Origin: Amphiscolops sp. MND2022 | Lineage: Eukaryota | NCBI GenBank assembly: GCA_964187785.1 | Contig: OZ076409.1 | Span: forward strand, 80,292,001 to 80,356,000 | Direction of reading: 5' to 3' | Length of the DNA stretch: 64,000 bases | Shown here: piece by piece, positions 1-13,900 of the stretch | Position numbering within the stretch: the stretch's first letter is position 1 | How the letters are laid out: each line of letters begins with the position of its first letter | Translations under genes and position numbers: made by a program | The notes under the pieces: model-generated | Seen by the model: the letters and a program-made list of their open reading frames with translations, nothing else | Databases searched by the model: none | What the model was told of the DNA's origin: nothing

Positions 1-1194
1 TTGCAAGATTGGTTTTCAGCCTAATGACCAACATAATTTCATTGTCGAAGTCGAAATATTATCAATTTCACATCAGCAAGTGAAAGTTCAATGTTCAAGT
101 GCAAATATTAAAGCCTTTGTAAATAGAGCATTACCAGTTTTGGAACTCAAATGTTTCGGAACCAATAGAGGTTTCGGAGTTCATATGCAAGTAACAAAAG
201 CACCAGTTCATTTTCATCATGGCTCGGAATTCAAAACGAACTGAACTATAATGTGAACAAGAGGTGCAGTTTGTAGCACTGCGGTTTTTTTGTATACTGT
301 TTCGAAAATCTTTTACGAAACTCATCTGTTTGAAGACGAACAAGCAACGGAATAGTTTCAACGAAATTGACTCTAGAGATGGGGAAATGGGCTCACGCAA
401 ACTTGTATATAGGATTCTGAGAGGCAAAATGAAAATAAGCACTCCTACGCTCATTCTCTTTCTGCAAGAGTTAACTCGGAACAAGCATCATTCCGGATGA
501 AGCGTCATTTTGTCGTTATTCCCGTTCTGGCCAAAACAATTTTAATACATTTGAATTTGAAAACGAACAAATGTTTGAAAAACTATTATTTCGAACCCTT
601 TTATACCTGTCTGTCTTCTCAAGACAAAAATCATGAAAAACGGCAGCAACTTTAATTTAGCTCTTTCTTCATCGACATATATTTTGTCCGAAATAGGCCT
701 TGTCATAGTTAAGAACTTCATAGTTCAATTTGAAAAGTTACAGAAGCTTGACAAGGCTTTTGTTGTCAACTCTCAAGCTGGAAGACTCTACTAGATATGT
801 ACTCTACTACATAGTATGTTAAGAACTTCAAACAACCAAAAAACTCGTTTTAGTGATTTTTTTGGAACATTTTCATCCAAAAAATCTGCAAATAACCAAA
901 AATTGCAAAAAGTGTGACTCTTTTGGCCCAAAAACTTTATTATCTGGGAAACTTTCAAAAACCGAAGTAGTGAACCTCTGGTTAAAAACTCATTGGCACT
1001 GTGGTGATATTGTTTGAACTCTATCACAACGAGAAACTTTAAGGGGTTAGTTCATAAAAATCGCACAGTGCCAAAATTATCTAAGGGTGTGACCCTTCAT
1101 GCTCAGAATCAAACACTTTGCGTGTGGGAAAAAACTTCTTCGGTAAGTCGCACTGTGACGAAAAAAAAGTCGCACAGTTGAGAGCTTTAAAATT

Positions 1195-1360
1195 TTCGCT
1201 TTTGAGTGGGACTCGAACCCATGTACTCCTACCCAGACCTCGTGACAAGGCCTGAAAATCCGTGTTAACCTCCAGGTCAAGTGAAGTTATAGAAGTTATA
1301 AAAGTTATGGCAGAAACTGGATAGTAAAACGAGAAAAAATTCTCGGCTAAACCTAAGATT
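1195..1360 (-). repeat. Dispersed repeat with a Pol III B-box-like motif (second copy 16985-17130)
   Basis: GGGACTCGAACCC..AACCTCCAGGTCA..GAAGTTATAG..AGAAACTGG is shared by both loci. Confidence 0.6.
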
Positions 1361-2629
1361 TTTTTAATGAAAACGGAAATGTTGAAATTTTGGGGAAAAG
1401 TCCCACAGTGTCGAAAAGAGAAGCAGGAACGTTCCATATACATAAAATGAACATTGAGAAAATTGTCAGTTGTCCCACAGTACTAAAAAACAAGAGTCAC
1501 TTGAAGACTCCAAGAACGGTTTTCCTCAAAAGAAAACTCCAAAAAAATCAAAAGATGAATAAATTTTTGTTCGATTTTTTTTCAAAAAAATTACGATAGA
1601 AAACCTTCGGTAAGTTGCACAGTGCCGAAAACCCTGAGGGTAGCCTCTATGCTCGCAACGAAAAACGAAAAAGGTTACAATGTCAATTCTTTTCAATCAG
1701 AATTATTCACTTCACCTGAAGGATGATGAAAGTACGCATCGGAGTTGGTAGAAACACTGAGAACAACTCAATTGGTGCGATTCAAACTCCGTTCTGCTGC
1801 TAACCAAGGACGTGGGCTAAAAGGAACCGTGAGATTAAAATCACCCACTCATCTCACCATCTGAAGAAAAGCGCTAGAGAAAGCTGGACCCAAAACAAAG
1901 TCACCGAGATAGTCACTTGTTGTACTTCATCCTCAGGAAGGAATTTACCAAATCGAGTTCGTAACGATCAAGTAACGGACATCAAAAAAGCAAAACCGCA
2001 ACGGTTTTGATCTACATTAACGTCTCCTAAATAATACAATTCAAATCAGTTACTGTTTTGCTTCTGTTATCTCCTGGATGATTATGTAAGAGAAAAAAAT
2101 CTGCAGAGCGTTAAAGAACACTGGAAAACTATTAGAGTTTAGTCACACCCGTTTTTAAATTACTCCATTTGAAATAGACTTTTCAAACTCAATTGTATCT
2201 CCTGAAAACTCCTGATCGAAATGTATAAATAAAACTTTGAGTCGCATCCTTTTCAAAGCGAGCAGTGACTAATTGATGCAATCAATTTCATGTAATGTGA
2301 TTGTCTTCCCTAGTTTCATGCAATGTTCTAGAGAAAAGTTCTCAAATCGTGTACAGTCGGACCTCTGTTTACCGCACCGCTTTTGAGCATATTTTGTTCT
2401 GGTTCGAAAGAAGTTTTTACTCAAGACTATTCAATAGGTTCGGGAGATTATAAGATTTCCGAAATACTTGTGTGGAAGCCATCCTCGCTTTCCTGTGAGT
2501 CAATTGAACTCTCCCGAGGGTGAATATTCCGGTCACTTTCAACTCAGTTCACTTTAGGAAAGTCTACACGTGTCTTACGGCTAACTTCAGTATTCGGATT
2601 TTGCTGCGGTCCATCCGACCGAAGGTCCC

Positions 2630-3260
2630 TTTTTAGTCGGCGCTTTTCTAGGGAAAAGTACCCGACTCTTACAGTGGCTAGTTTTTTTTTCTTTTTTTTT
2701 CGTCAGACTACAATCTCACTCTGATTGGGCCACTTTTCTTACAATCGAAACTACTAAAACTACTAGCATAAGAGGCCAAGTCCGGTCAGCGGAAATTAGT
2801 GCAAAAGGGTCCCCCCTTTCATTTCTTTACCTTTTTTACGTAACCTACAAAACCGGAAGAGACCAAAGGGTCCCCCCTTTCAATTTTTTTTCGGCACTGT
2901 GCAAAATTTTTTTTGAAATTCTTTTAGGGTCTCAAAAGAGTCCCCCCTTCGAGTTTTTTGATATTTTGCAACAAAATGTATGTTGATAAATCCCAAAGGG
3001 TCCCCCCTTTTCATTTTTTGGCACTATGCGACATTTTCGAAGTTTTTTCAAAAAAAAAATTTCAAAAAAAATTTCAAATTTTATTTTGTTCCCAGTCGGG
3101 AAACAGTGATTTTCCAGTCATATAGAGCATGAAAGGCTCACTTTGGGTGTCTCCAAAGTGTTTTCAAAGCTTTTCATGAAGACGTCCTGAGCATATTTAG
3201 AAAACTTTGCGCATCTTGAGCCTTGAATATAGCGCCGAGTTTAGACGTTCCCGTCTTGTT
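2630..3260 (+). mobile_element. Helentron-like non-autonomous element, family A
   Basis: 5' TTTTAGTCGGCGC with a nearby inverted repeat; 3' AGCGCCGAGT, hairpin AGACG-TTCC-CGTCT, then TGTT. Confidence 0.7.
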
Positions 3261-3734
3261 TGCACTAGAATCAACATTTAGTACCCCTATTACATTTTGA
3301 GAACCCAGTAACACTTTCTCCCAAATTGCCGAGTTATTGGCCTTAGAGATATGCGAATTTAGGTTAGAGAGTAGAGTTAATTGCACTACTAATTTCTGCG
3401 GTGATATATTATTTCCACAAGCATTATCGTTCGAAAGTGACCTAGAATTTTCTCCAATTTGGTTAGTATCTCTATGCAATCTCCCCAACTCTAGGTCAAC
3501 CTCAATTTCACTATCAGCTGCTTGTTTTTAAAAAACTAATCCAAGCAAAATTTCCTAGCATCTCATCTGTAATTTCAATGTCCGACATTACGTCTGACTG
3601 TTTCGGAAGCTTTTCATTAGTTTTTTGCTTTTTTGTTGAAGGCATAACAAATAGCTTCGTTGCAAGATTGAATTAACTTGTAGAAAATAACGTAGTTTAT
3701 GTTGAGAGTATTCATCGTACTTTCTGAATGAATA

Positions 3735-3934
3735 NNNNNNNNNNNNNNNNNNNNNNNNNNNNNNNNNNNNNNNNNNNNNNNNNNNNNNNNNNNNNNNNNN
3801 NNNNNNNNNNNNNNNNNNNNNNNNNNNNNNNNNNNNNNNNNNNNNNNNNNNNNNNNNNNNNNNNNNNNNNNNNNNNNNNNNNNNNNNNNNNNNNNNNNNN
3901 NNNNNNNNNNNNNNNNNNNNNNNNNNNNNNNNNN
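3735..3934. other. Assembly gap (200 N)
   Basis: Run of N. Confidence 1.
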
Positions 3935-4830
3935 CTGACAACACTAACAACTAAGTAGCTACCAATAGTATGATAGCGGACGTAAAATCCTTATGAATGC
4001 AGTATAGGTACAAAGCGTTTTAGCACTGTGATTGGCTGATTGCTGTTAGCTCAACGCGTCAATTGGGCTGCAGCATTGTACTAGTTGAACGCGTTTCCTT
4101 TCCTTCACAAAGTAGCACTGTTAATTACCGAACTATCGCAAGTATTACAAGCCTATTTAACACTTCAACGAGTATCATTCAGTTGCATATTTGTTTCTCT
4201 GTACTGGTTCACAGTTAGATAAATACCTCAACATTGACTAATATTGTACTAACTACTAGGTAAAACATCATAAATATTTGTATGCAGTTAAACTGGCCTT
4301 TAGCCAGAATAGCAACGAAATGTAATTTCTAGGTTATATAAGCGTCATTCAAGTCGATTAAGTCTTAGATTGGCAAAAAACCACGACTGGCATGGGACAA
4401 TTACTCTCCGGGCTGGCTTGATAGATTGCCCTGTCGCAGGCGGCAGTCTGCGATAACTTGATTTTAGACCACTCAAATTTCAAAAACGTTAATATTCAAT
4501 TGAAAATTTGTAAAATTTGCTAATTCAATTTTCGTTATATAGGTCGTAGAAAACTCGAACAAACGTTTATCTAAACAAAGTAGAATTCTATAAAAAATAT
4601 TCCTAGCTGACAATTTTTTGTATTCGTGATAGTTCTAAATTTGATTTGCGATTGAGTTGCAGTTTCTTAAAAGGCTACTATTTTAATCTCTGGCCTATAC
4701 CTAAATTTTCCGTTCGAGAGAAATCGAGTTGTGCTAAAAGAATAGAAACTGCACTTTCCATATTCAAAATCGACAACACAAATTTTTGAAGAGTCCTTGT
4801 TACTCTAAGTGTACACATATCTATGTATGT

Positions 4831-5780
4831 ACCGAGTGCTCAGCAAAAACACCTCCATAGAAGAGGCGTCCAAACGTTTTTTGAGAAGCTTCAAGTTTCA
4901 TCAACACAAAACAAGAGGTGTAATTGCACTACTAGAACTTTCTCATATCAAAAACAACAATTATTAGATTGAAGTTTCAGTACTAATTTTTAGTCATAAA
5001 AATCTGTCGGTATCATAATTGGTGCAACCTACAACCATGCAAACTCAAGGTTTTGAAAACCTCGCGCCCTCAATGGCGTTTTTAAAGTAGATTTTATGCT
5101 GGAGAAAATGTGCGATAATGTTTTTTCTAAGCGATTTTAGCCTGTTCCAGAAGTTTGATGTGCTGCTACTTTACTATTTTAAAACGAAATTTTTTTTGCT
5201 GGACATGTCAAAACAGACAATCGTCTAAATATTTGCAATGAGATAAAGTACTTTCATTGTAGACACGAGGACTACAAAGCATCAAGTTTTTAGGAGAACA
5301 TATTTTGACAAGATTAGTTATACAGTACTGAAAATGAAGATCGAACCAAAAATAAATTCAGTGTTTTGTAGAACAGTTCTCGAATATAAAGAACCTTATA
5401 AACTCAAAGGCGTTTTTCTTAGTTTGGTTAAAATTTTGTCGGATATCCACGATTCTTCAAAACAGCTTTCTGGCGTCGGGGTACTGACAGGAAAAGTTTT
5501 TATGTAGTCATCAGATAGCCCATAAAAATCTCTTTCGATGGTTGTCCATAATTCGTCCAAAGTGTCAATAGAAGCTTTTTGTAAACAATCTTTTTCCAGA
5601 ATATTGAAAACATTATTCATACATATATTTCTTTTTCAAGAAACGCCATATTGCAAAGATATGTCCGACATAAAAATTCACAATACATTTTTCCTTTGAA
5701 TGGAGCCATCTTCAAAAACAATTTGTTTTGAAAAATGGCAAACGAATTCATGACCACTTTTTTGAACTCTTTTCAGTTTT
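4831..5780 (-). mobile_element. Tc1/mariner transposon remnant (transposase C-terminus)
   Basis: NVFNILEK..TLDELWTTIE..DDYIKT followed, after a frameshift, by SVPRRQKAVLKNRGYPTKF*, a typical Tc1 C-terminus. TA+CCGAGTG at 4829 is a possible terminus. Confidence 0.65.
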
Positions 5781-6199
5781 TAGGACAAGAGCCGGATCGT
5801 TGCAACCTAATACGGTGTTTATCGTTCCGGTATACAAAAGGAAAAAACCGGTGTTGAACTTTTTGTAGTTTTTTTCTTTCTGCGCCTGAAAACTGTCAGC
5901 AGCGAAGTACTTTCCACGTGGCCTGGTGGTAATTGCCGAGATCTGGTTCGACTGGGCCTGGAAAGCAGGTGTACATGGCTTCGAATCCCGCTGAAAAACA
6001 TTTTCTTATGATCGCAAAAGTAGTTCTTTTGGTTTTTTTTCGTAAATGCTTGTACTCGATAAAATATCGGCCCAATTTTGGAAATAATTCGGAATAACTT
6101 ATAATGTGCCTCCAGGAGCTTCAAAAACGTTTCCATTTGATACTTTCTTTTTAAAAAGTTGGAAATCTGAAAGAGACCAACCTTCAAACTCTAAAAATT

Positions 6200-7130
6200 T
6201 TCAAAACTTGTACTCAATTAACATAGGAAACTAAAAAAACTGAAAAATTTTGGACTTTTCTACAATTTTGATGTCAAATTAAAGCACATTTTTATCAAAA
6301 AACTGCATTTATCACTTCGAAAATCCTACTGGACAACTAACTTGCGTTAAAACAAAAAACGGTAAAAATCGAGATTTTTTCACTATTTTGGACTCACGGT
6401 GGCAATTTCCTGTTACAAAACTGCATCCGCCCAAGCAACCTTATTGGACATCGAATTCGTTCTGATCTATGATAATTTTGGATTTTTGACTATTTTGGGG
6501 TCATTTTGTGCCATTTTTCACGTACAAAACTGCATTTATTTCCCTGGAAAACCCCATTGGACAACAAATTCATTCGTTGTTGAACGTTTTCAACGTTTTC
6601 ATCCACAAAAATTGCCTTAAAATGTTAAAAAATTGAAAATTTCGGAATTTCGGTCAATTTCGGTCTGAATTTGAGACATTTTTTCAAAACAAATTGCACT
6701 TATTCCTCGAAGAAGCCTCTTGCACAGCGCGTTTTTTCCTTGTTTACCGTTTTTATCATTCTAAACCAGCAAGTTTATCAAAAGTTCGAAAAATTGTATA
6801 AAAAAATCTGGAGTTTTTGGATTTTTTTTTCAATTTCGGTCTCATATTGAGGCATCTTTCATTAGAAAATTGCATTTATCTTTTCGAAAAAGCCTCTTGG
6901 ACAACAAATTTTCCCTTTTGAACATTTTCAATATTCTAAGCCACGAAATCTATCGAAAATTTGACAAAAATTGCATAAAAACGTTGAAAATTGGAAGATT
7001 TTGCACTTTTTGCCATTTTTAGTGGCATTTTTGGGTCATTCTGGGGTCCTTGGGGTCAGCCAAAAAAGTCCAAAAAATTCTACAAATACATACCGTCTGA
7101 TGTTAATTTTACGTCAGTTCAATTCTTTTT
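6200..7130. repeat. Degenerate ~175-bp tandem array, related in inverted orientation to 43650-44500
   Basis: Recurring AAAACTGCATTTAT..TTGGACAAC units, plus a shared flank (GGGTCAT..AAAAAAGTCCAAAAA..TACAAATACATA). Confidence 0.75.
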
Positions 7131-8582
7131 GAGACCTCGGGGTTTTCAAGCCCCGCCTCGGGATTTTTCAACTCTTTGAAACTTCGAGTAAAAACTTTGA
7201 AAACAGTGATTTTCTCAATTTTTTGATGTTATCGATTAGGAAAAAATTTCACCCTGAAAATTCCCGCTCGAGAGTTTTCGTGATTGTTCAAGTTGTTTTG
7301 ATTTTTCTGCTCACTAGATAGTCCCGAGCGCGGGTGTTTCCTGAAGGCACCTTGTTACAGTATATGAAAACATCGCAGTGTCACTGCGCCTCTTGCATTC
7401 AACCATTACACGTTGTTAACGGTAGAAATTTATACTTCGACGTGTGTTGAGACTTGACGAACTACTTCAGTGCTTGAGCAAAACGTTTCCGAATCAGAAC
7501 CATATAGAATAAAACATCAGCATAGTAATGTCTCAAAAATACACCATACCCGACCGTTTTTAAAAAATCAGCCACGAAACGCTAAAAGTCGAATTTTTGG
7601 TGAGACACTTTTAGACCCAATGTAGTTCATACCTTTGGTGGAGAGAATTTGTAAACATGATTGCTCAAACTGCTTTTAAAATACAAATCATAGCTGTTTC
7701 TTTCACTCTTGCAACAAAATTGGTGAGCACTTTTCTCACAAAAATCAAACAGCAACTTGTTTTGAACATTCAAAAAAAGCTAGTGTGAAGTGAGGAGAAT
7801 GTGAAACCATATCAATTGTAGTTATTTCCACTTTCTTGAATTATTCGCTTCAAACGACAATAGAGTAGTTTTTTCTGAAATTTTCAATTTTCCAGCCTGT
7901 AGAACTGTATCCCCATTTTCCTGGTCTACTAAAATTGTGTTTGATTTATTCAATTTTTTTGCATCCAAGATATTCACGTAGGGACTGCAACTTATGTCTG
8001 GTCTCGATATGCCGCACGAAGCGTAAACTTTTGCATAAAAGCTAACGCTTTTTAATGTTTGAGTTTCCTCGTCAAGGTTCTATTGCTGTTCTCCGACAAA
8101 TGTCCTGTGTCTTTGTGGGGGAGTTTTTTAGACTGCCAGTGAACCCGGGAGTCAACTGAATTGATCGTTTCTTGTTATTAATTCTCGCTTGCAGGCTTTC
8201 TCTCGAATTGTATCCAAGGGGTTTCTGCACGTTTTGCGGTGGGTGTGCAATGTAGGACGGCTAGTAAGGAGCCTTCAGATTCAAATTGAAATTTCAAAAA
8301 GAGTAGACCTTTTCTAAAAAGACATTCATGGTGACTAAATTTGAAAAAGCATGACGACGAGCTACACCATTAATGTCCGAATCAATGCTCTCTCCAAAGC
8401 TATTCAAACTTCCATGGAGAATCTATTTCAGAATCATTTGATAAGATTTTTTCATACCATTGATTCTACTCTGGGTTAAACAATGGTTTAGAGTTGCCAT
8501 CAAGGTCATCCAAGTAGAAAAAAATCTCCAATTCGGATTGCTTTGCACAAATGCCAAGTTTCTTATGCCTACTCTCCTCAAT

Positions 8583-10913
8583 GAAAGAAAGAAAGAAAGA
8601 AAGAAAGAAAAGTTTATTCGATTGGGATCATTACACAAAAAAATACAAAATACATGAAATGAAATGATAGAAACCAATCTGGACAGGAAAAGAGCCTATT
8701 GGCTCGTCAAAGTTCCTGCCCTGAAGAACCAAATTCAAAATTTTTTCAGAATGATGTTTAACAACAATTAGCGCCCTTAGGAACTGCGCTTACGTTAAGC
8801 ACTACTACCGAAAAAAAACTTCATTATTAGCATAAATCCTTTTCAAAGTAATATGCAAAGAGATGTTTGTTATCGACTACATAGTTCGCGGTTATACTTG
8901 TGATGAGCTTTTTAACTTGATAGCTTGATAGTTTCCTCAAATATGTTGGAATCAACTCTGCTTCCATTAACCAATTACAAGTTAAGCGAAGTAAATTTTC
9001 CAAGGATCTCCTTTTTAAAACAGTCCGACTGTATTGCGCCGGCATCAATTTTTTCATATTCCATCGAGTTGTATATGTTCCCACGTCATTGGCATCAAGC
9101 ACTATGAACGATTTAGGTGCTTCTGACCTAAGTTGCCTGAAAAGCTCTTTGATGTTCTCGAGAACGAAAAGTTCAAAAACTGTCAAAATTTTGTTCGTTC
9201 TAAGAAGATCATGTAGGGAATCAAACTTCTTCTTGAGAAATGGCTCGTATAATTCGTCGTTGGGCTTTTTCAATTTTCGACAGGTTTGTTTTGGCAGCAG
9301 AGCCGTATATTAGCAATCCATAACAAATTCTGAACTATGCAAAGGAGTTATAAAACATCAGTAGACACTTTTGTGTAAACATATGACATACGCGATATAT
9401 CAGGCCACAGAACTAATTGAGTTTTTTTTCGACGTAATCAATATGTTCTCTGAAGCGCAAAGTTTTGTCCACGTAAACACCTAAATACTTGCACGCGTTC
9501 GAATAAGGAATTTTTTGTCTAAAATCAAAATTTCACTGGGATGACCGCGTCCGAATGCAACTGCTTCGCATTTATCTCTGTTTATACTGAGTCTATTTTG
9601 ACAAAACCACTGCGATGAATTGTCCATATCTGATTGAATTGAACACAAACCTTTGCGCTTTGAACTTAAAATTGTTGTATCATCTGCAAACATGGCCATG
9701 GTACAATTTCCGATACACAAATGAATGTCATCAAGATACAAAAGAAACAGAAATGGACCAAGGACGGAACCCTGGGGAACGCCTGACACAATTTTAACCT
9801 TTTCCGTGCAAACACCATTATGACTGATGTACTGCCAACGGTCTGAAAGATAATCTCTCAAAATTTCGAAAATTTTCCCCCTAAAGCCATAATCTTCCAA
9901 CTTCTTCAATAAAATATGATGATCCAACGTATCAAAAGCTTTCTGCAAATCAATAAAGCAAGCTTGGCCCTGTGCTTTCTTATCTATTTCAGTACGAACG
10001 AATTCTGTTATTGCGATAGCATCATCACAAGACATGTTGTTTCTAAATCCATATTGCATGGGACAAATCAAGTCGTTTTTCTCAGTAAATCGTATCATTC
10101 GATTATGTAAGACTTTCTCGAACACTTTACTCAAAGAGCTTAGGAGGCTAATTGGACGATAATTTGCGGGATCTTTTTTGTCCCCCTTCTTAAACAATGG
10201 TACAACTTTGGCAATTTTGAAAATGTCTGGGAATACACCTTCGTCTATGCATTTATTGAAGGCAAGTGCAAGATGACGTTCAATAATGGGTGAGCAGCAT
10301 TTCAAAATTTCACTACTGATCCCATCCATTCCACAACTTTTCTTGTTTTTCATTGCTTTGATGATACTTGCAACTTCAAACTCTCCAGTGGGTTCTATAA
10401 ACAAAGTTTTGTCACAATTGATGGACCCCGAAGAATACGCTGTTTGTGGCAGCCTAGATGATAAAACTGACCCAACATTTACAAAAAATTATTTCAATTT
10501 TTCTAAATCAGGAAGTTCCTTTGGTTGCTGATCATTGTTTTTTTGAGTTTTTAAAGTCCTATAAATTGCTCGTGCAGTTGGATTTACGCCAAGTTTTCTG
10601 AAGTTATCTTGTTTCTTAGCTTCACGAATCATTAAACAAACTTTGTTTCTAAATGACTTATAATTATCATGATTAATTTTTGTTGGCTTTTCAACCCAAA
10701 TCTGGAAAAGTTTATTACGTTTAGTGATTGCATTTTTGATTTTATTATTAATCCATTGATTGGATGGCTCTTTACCAGAACTGACTCGCAGCGGTGCAAA
10801 TTTATCTACACATTCACTGACTGACTTAACAATGAATTCCACATGATATTCAGCCGATGTTTTTTCGTCAATTTGCTTCAATTTTTGATCTAATAAGAAA
10901 AGAAAAATCAATG
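8583..10913 (-). mobile_element. L2/CR1-group LINE, 3' part (RT domain, frameshifted)
   Basis: ORF 9481-10404 has NYRPISLL, QYGFR, FIDLQKAFDT, GVPQGSVLGP and FADDT. The 3'UTR has a stem-loop (GAGCC-AATA-GGCTC nested in CAGGAA..TTCCTG), AATAAA, and a (CTTT)7 tail at 8583-8610. Confidence 0.9.
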
Positions 10914-13900
10914 TGTTGTGTCCTTTCAGATTTTTTGTGTTTCTAGTCATAATCGGGTTGAATGTTCGCCCATAGTACAGTATTCTAATCGTAATCTAGT
11001 TCATATAACAAATGAAGATCTAGGTATACAGTTCATTTTCAGGTCTCTTACATGAAGATCAGACACTCACGTAAAATGTATATGTATAAAGCATTATGGA
11101 CTCTAACAATGGTATTATATACGTACCATGCAACATTCCCCTCCTGTAAGATGTTTTGCTTGTTTTATTGAATAAAGTCGGCAGATTTGTTCGAGCATTT
11201 CATTATTCTTCTGTAAGGTGTTTCCTGTAAAAGTCAACATGTTACCTGGTTACCGTTGCTCATTGGGTTACTTGATCTTTTTCTAGTGGATTTTCTGATT
11301 CGTTGTTGTGTATTTCCGCTATTAATGATCAAGTTTTCTATTGTTTCGGTTTTTATGGTGTTTTAATTACAGTTGTTGTCCACAATAGTTATGAGGTTGG
11401 GGTTCTTATTAATGGATCTCATGGTCTCGTCCATCTGTTGTTCGTTCGTAATATTTAGATACATCCTTAGGTTGTTGGAAACCAGTGAACTTGCTTCTCT
11501 ATTTCTACTAAATTTCGGACAGCCTCACCTCAGCATTAGTATTGGTGATGTGAACCCAAAGCTGGCTTTGAGTGCTCCGCTGTCGCCTCTTGAGCCGATT
11601 TGCTCTCTCACCGTTTGGTTTCTTCTATTTCCTCTTTCTTCAGACTCGCATTGTAATGGCTGAAATGACATATGCATGAAGCGATCGTCTGATCAGCCTA
11701 TAACTTCCCTCCTTGATAGTTGGTTTTGAAATGAATTTGGCATTGGTCTACGTATCCTTTTCGATCTATTATCTTGTTTATATCGGTAGTTATTGTTTGT
11801 TCGCTTCCTACAAGTGGCACTTCAGGCTTTGTTTCGTACTCGCTTTCGAACTTTATTTCATTTCATTCTACACAATTATGGAAACTTGTTACTAGCATCG
11901 CATCTCAGCCTTCTTGGTGCTTTCATCACCAGCTGATAGAATTTTTTTTCGCCGTTGGTAAATGAGTACACATGCTTCTCTGACACAAATTTTTTGATGT
12001 CAGATGTTGTGTTTTGGTAGCTCCTTAACTACGTTCTTGGTTTTCGGCAAAAGTGTTGTTCCAATTGCTTTTCTTCTAGTTCGACTGGACCGTTGTTCAC
12101 ATTACCTTTGATAAACGGTACGTAGTTGGATTAGATTACACTTATCGTCTAATTTCGTTCTCAAAAATGATTCAGTGCTTCAATTCTGCTTCCATTTAGT
12201 TCGGTCCGAGTATGTATGTACGGTGTTCAGTATATTAGTTTTCATTTCATTTTTCGCGTAATGATCTAGTTTCGTTTTCTGGGAAGGTAGTGCCTTTATC
12301 CGTTCGGATGGTTTGTGGAGTGCCTTTCAATAAAATGAAATTTTCTAGAAAAGTTTTTCCTGTATAACCAGTCGGGGCTTCACATAATTTTGCTGCCAGC
12401 CATCTGCTGCACCTCCGGTGCTCAAATCTTTTGGTCCGATAAAATCCACTTGTAATGCTTAGTTCCGCTATTCTACAGGTGGGCAATGGTTATTTTCGGA
12501 CAATGGTATTTGACGTGATGTCAGGTTTTGATATCACCTGGCGTTTTACAGCGTGTAGAATCTTTGCGTTTTGTTTGTATATTTTTGTGAGTTTTGGTCA
12601 AGAAAACACTTTTTCTGCCGCCGGCGTTTCTGTAATTGCTGGATGGTCTTGGTGTAATAGCGTGATGACTGCTCTTCGCAACGCTTTTGGAAAGTTTAAT
12701 TCGTTTGGCTCCGAACTGAACATCTGACTTCTGCTCAAGTAATCAACTAAACCGAGTTCCTTGCCTGCAATGTGCTTTACTTTTTGTCAAAGTGAGCAAA
12801 TCGGTACAACCATCCGGTTACTTTTGCGCTGTATCTTTCATTCGATCTAATTGTTTCAAATAAATATTCCAACGCCTGATGATCAATTATTATTTCGTTT
12901 GGACACCTATAGCAATAAAGGTAAATTTTTTCCAATCCCGAAACAACTTCCAATAGCGCTTGTTCGTTTTTTTTTGCATATTTCGTTTCTGTATCTGTTG
13001 GATTCTACTAGTGAATCTGATTGGTTTAGGTTTCCGTCTTTTCGTCATTACCACAGTGCTGCTCCAGTTCCTCTTTTGCGGCCCTTGTTGATACAACTCC
13101 GCTGTTGGAATGATAATGTGCTAGCCATGGTAGTTGTACTATACGTTTCCTCAAGTTGTTGAACGCTTTTGTATGTTCCTCTGTCCGAATCCAATCGTTC
13201 GGCATATTTAGTAGGTTTCTCAGATTATCTGTATGAGCTGAAAAACGTTCAAGAATCTTGGATAAAAATTGTTTCGCCACAAAAATGAATAAATCTTTTT
13301 TTCGTTTTCTGGGATATTTATCTCGCTGCTTCTAGGTGGTCTTGAAGCGGTGAGATTCCGTCTTGATCTTTTTGTCCTACCCATTTTTTTAAAAAGTTGT
13401 TACAACTATTCTGTGACCTCAAGTTCGTGTATCTGTTGTTTACCATTTTTAGGTCGTACAACTACGCTGCGTGTTCGAGTTCGAGGGTTTGGTCTATCCG
13501 TTCTTGAAAAATTAATGTAACTCCTGTCAGTACACAAAATCTTTTAAAGAAACGATAGTATCCAGTGAATTTTCTGCCTGTGACTGTGAATATGCACAGG
13601 TTTCTTGTTTGTTCATCCGACCAAACCTGTCCATATGCATAGTCGAAAACTAATTTTGTTATCTTGATTTCGCAGCCCTTTCCTTCAGATACTTTTCGCT
13701 AATCCCATGATAAAATTAGTTCCTAGTTTGGAATTTGCGCTTTTCTTTCCATCGCTACTTCAATTTAGTTTCTTGAATCCACGGCAGTTTTTACCGATTC
13801 GCTTTTCTTCACTGTTATCACTCATGTAGTTTTGAAGTATCTTCCGTTACTTTAGTTGCCTTTTCCAGTTGTCCATTTTCTATCAATCCTTTGGTTTTGA

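Noticed and set aside
131..500. Overlapping short ORFs at the window start
   Set aside because: No motif, homology or splice structure that I can support.
3588..3958. ORFs spanning N runs (also 50383-50717)
   Set aside because: Artefacts of assembly gaps.
7140..7357. Possible fourth Helentron-like mini element (CCCGCCTCGGGA / TCCCGAGCGCGGG, hairpin, TTGTT)
   Set aside because: Single copy with imperfect repeats; insufficient to call.
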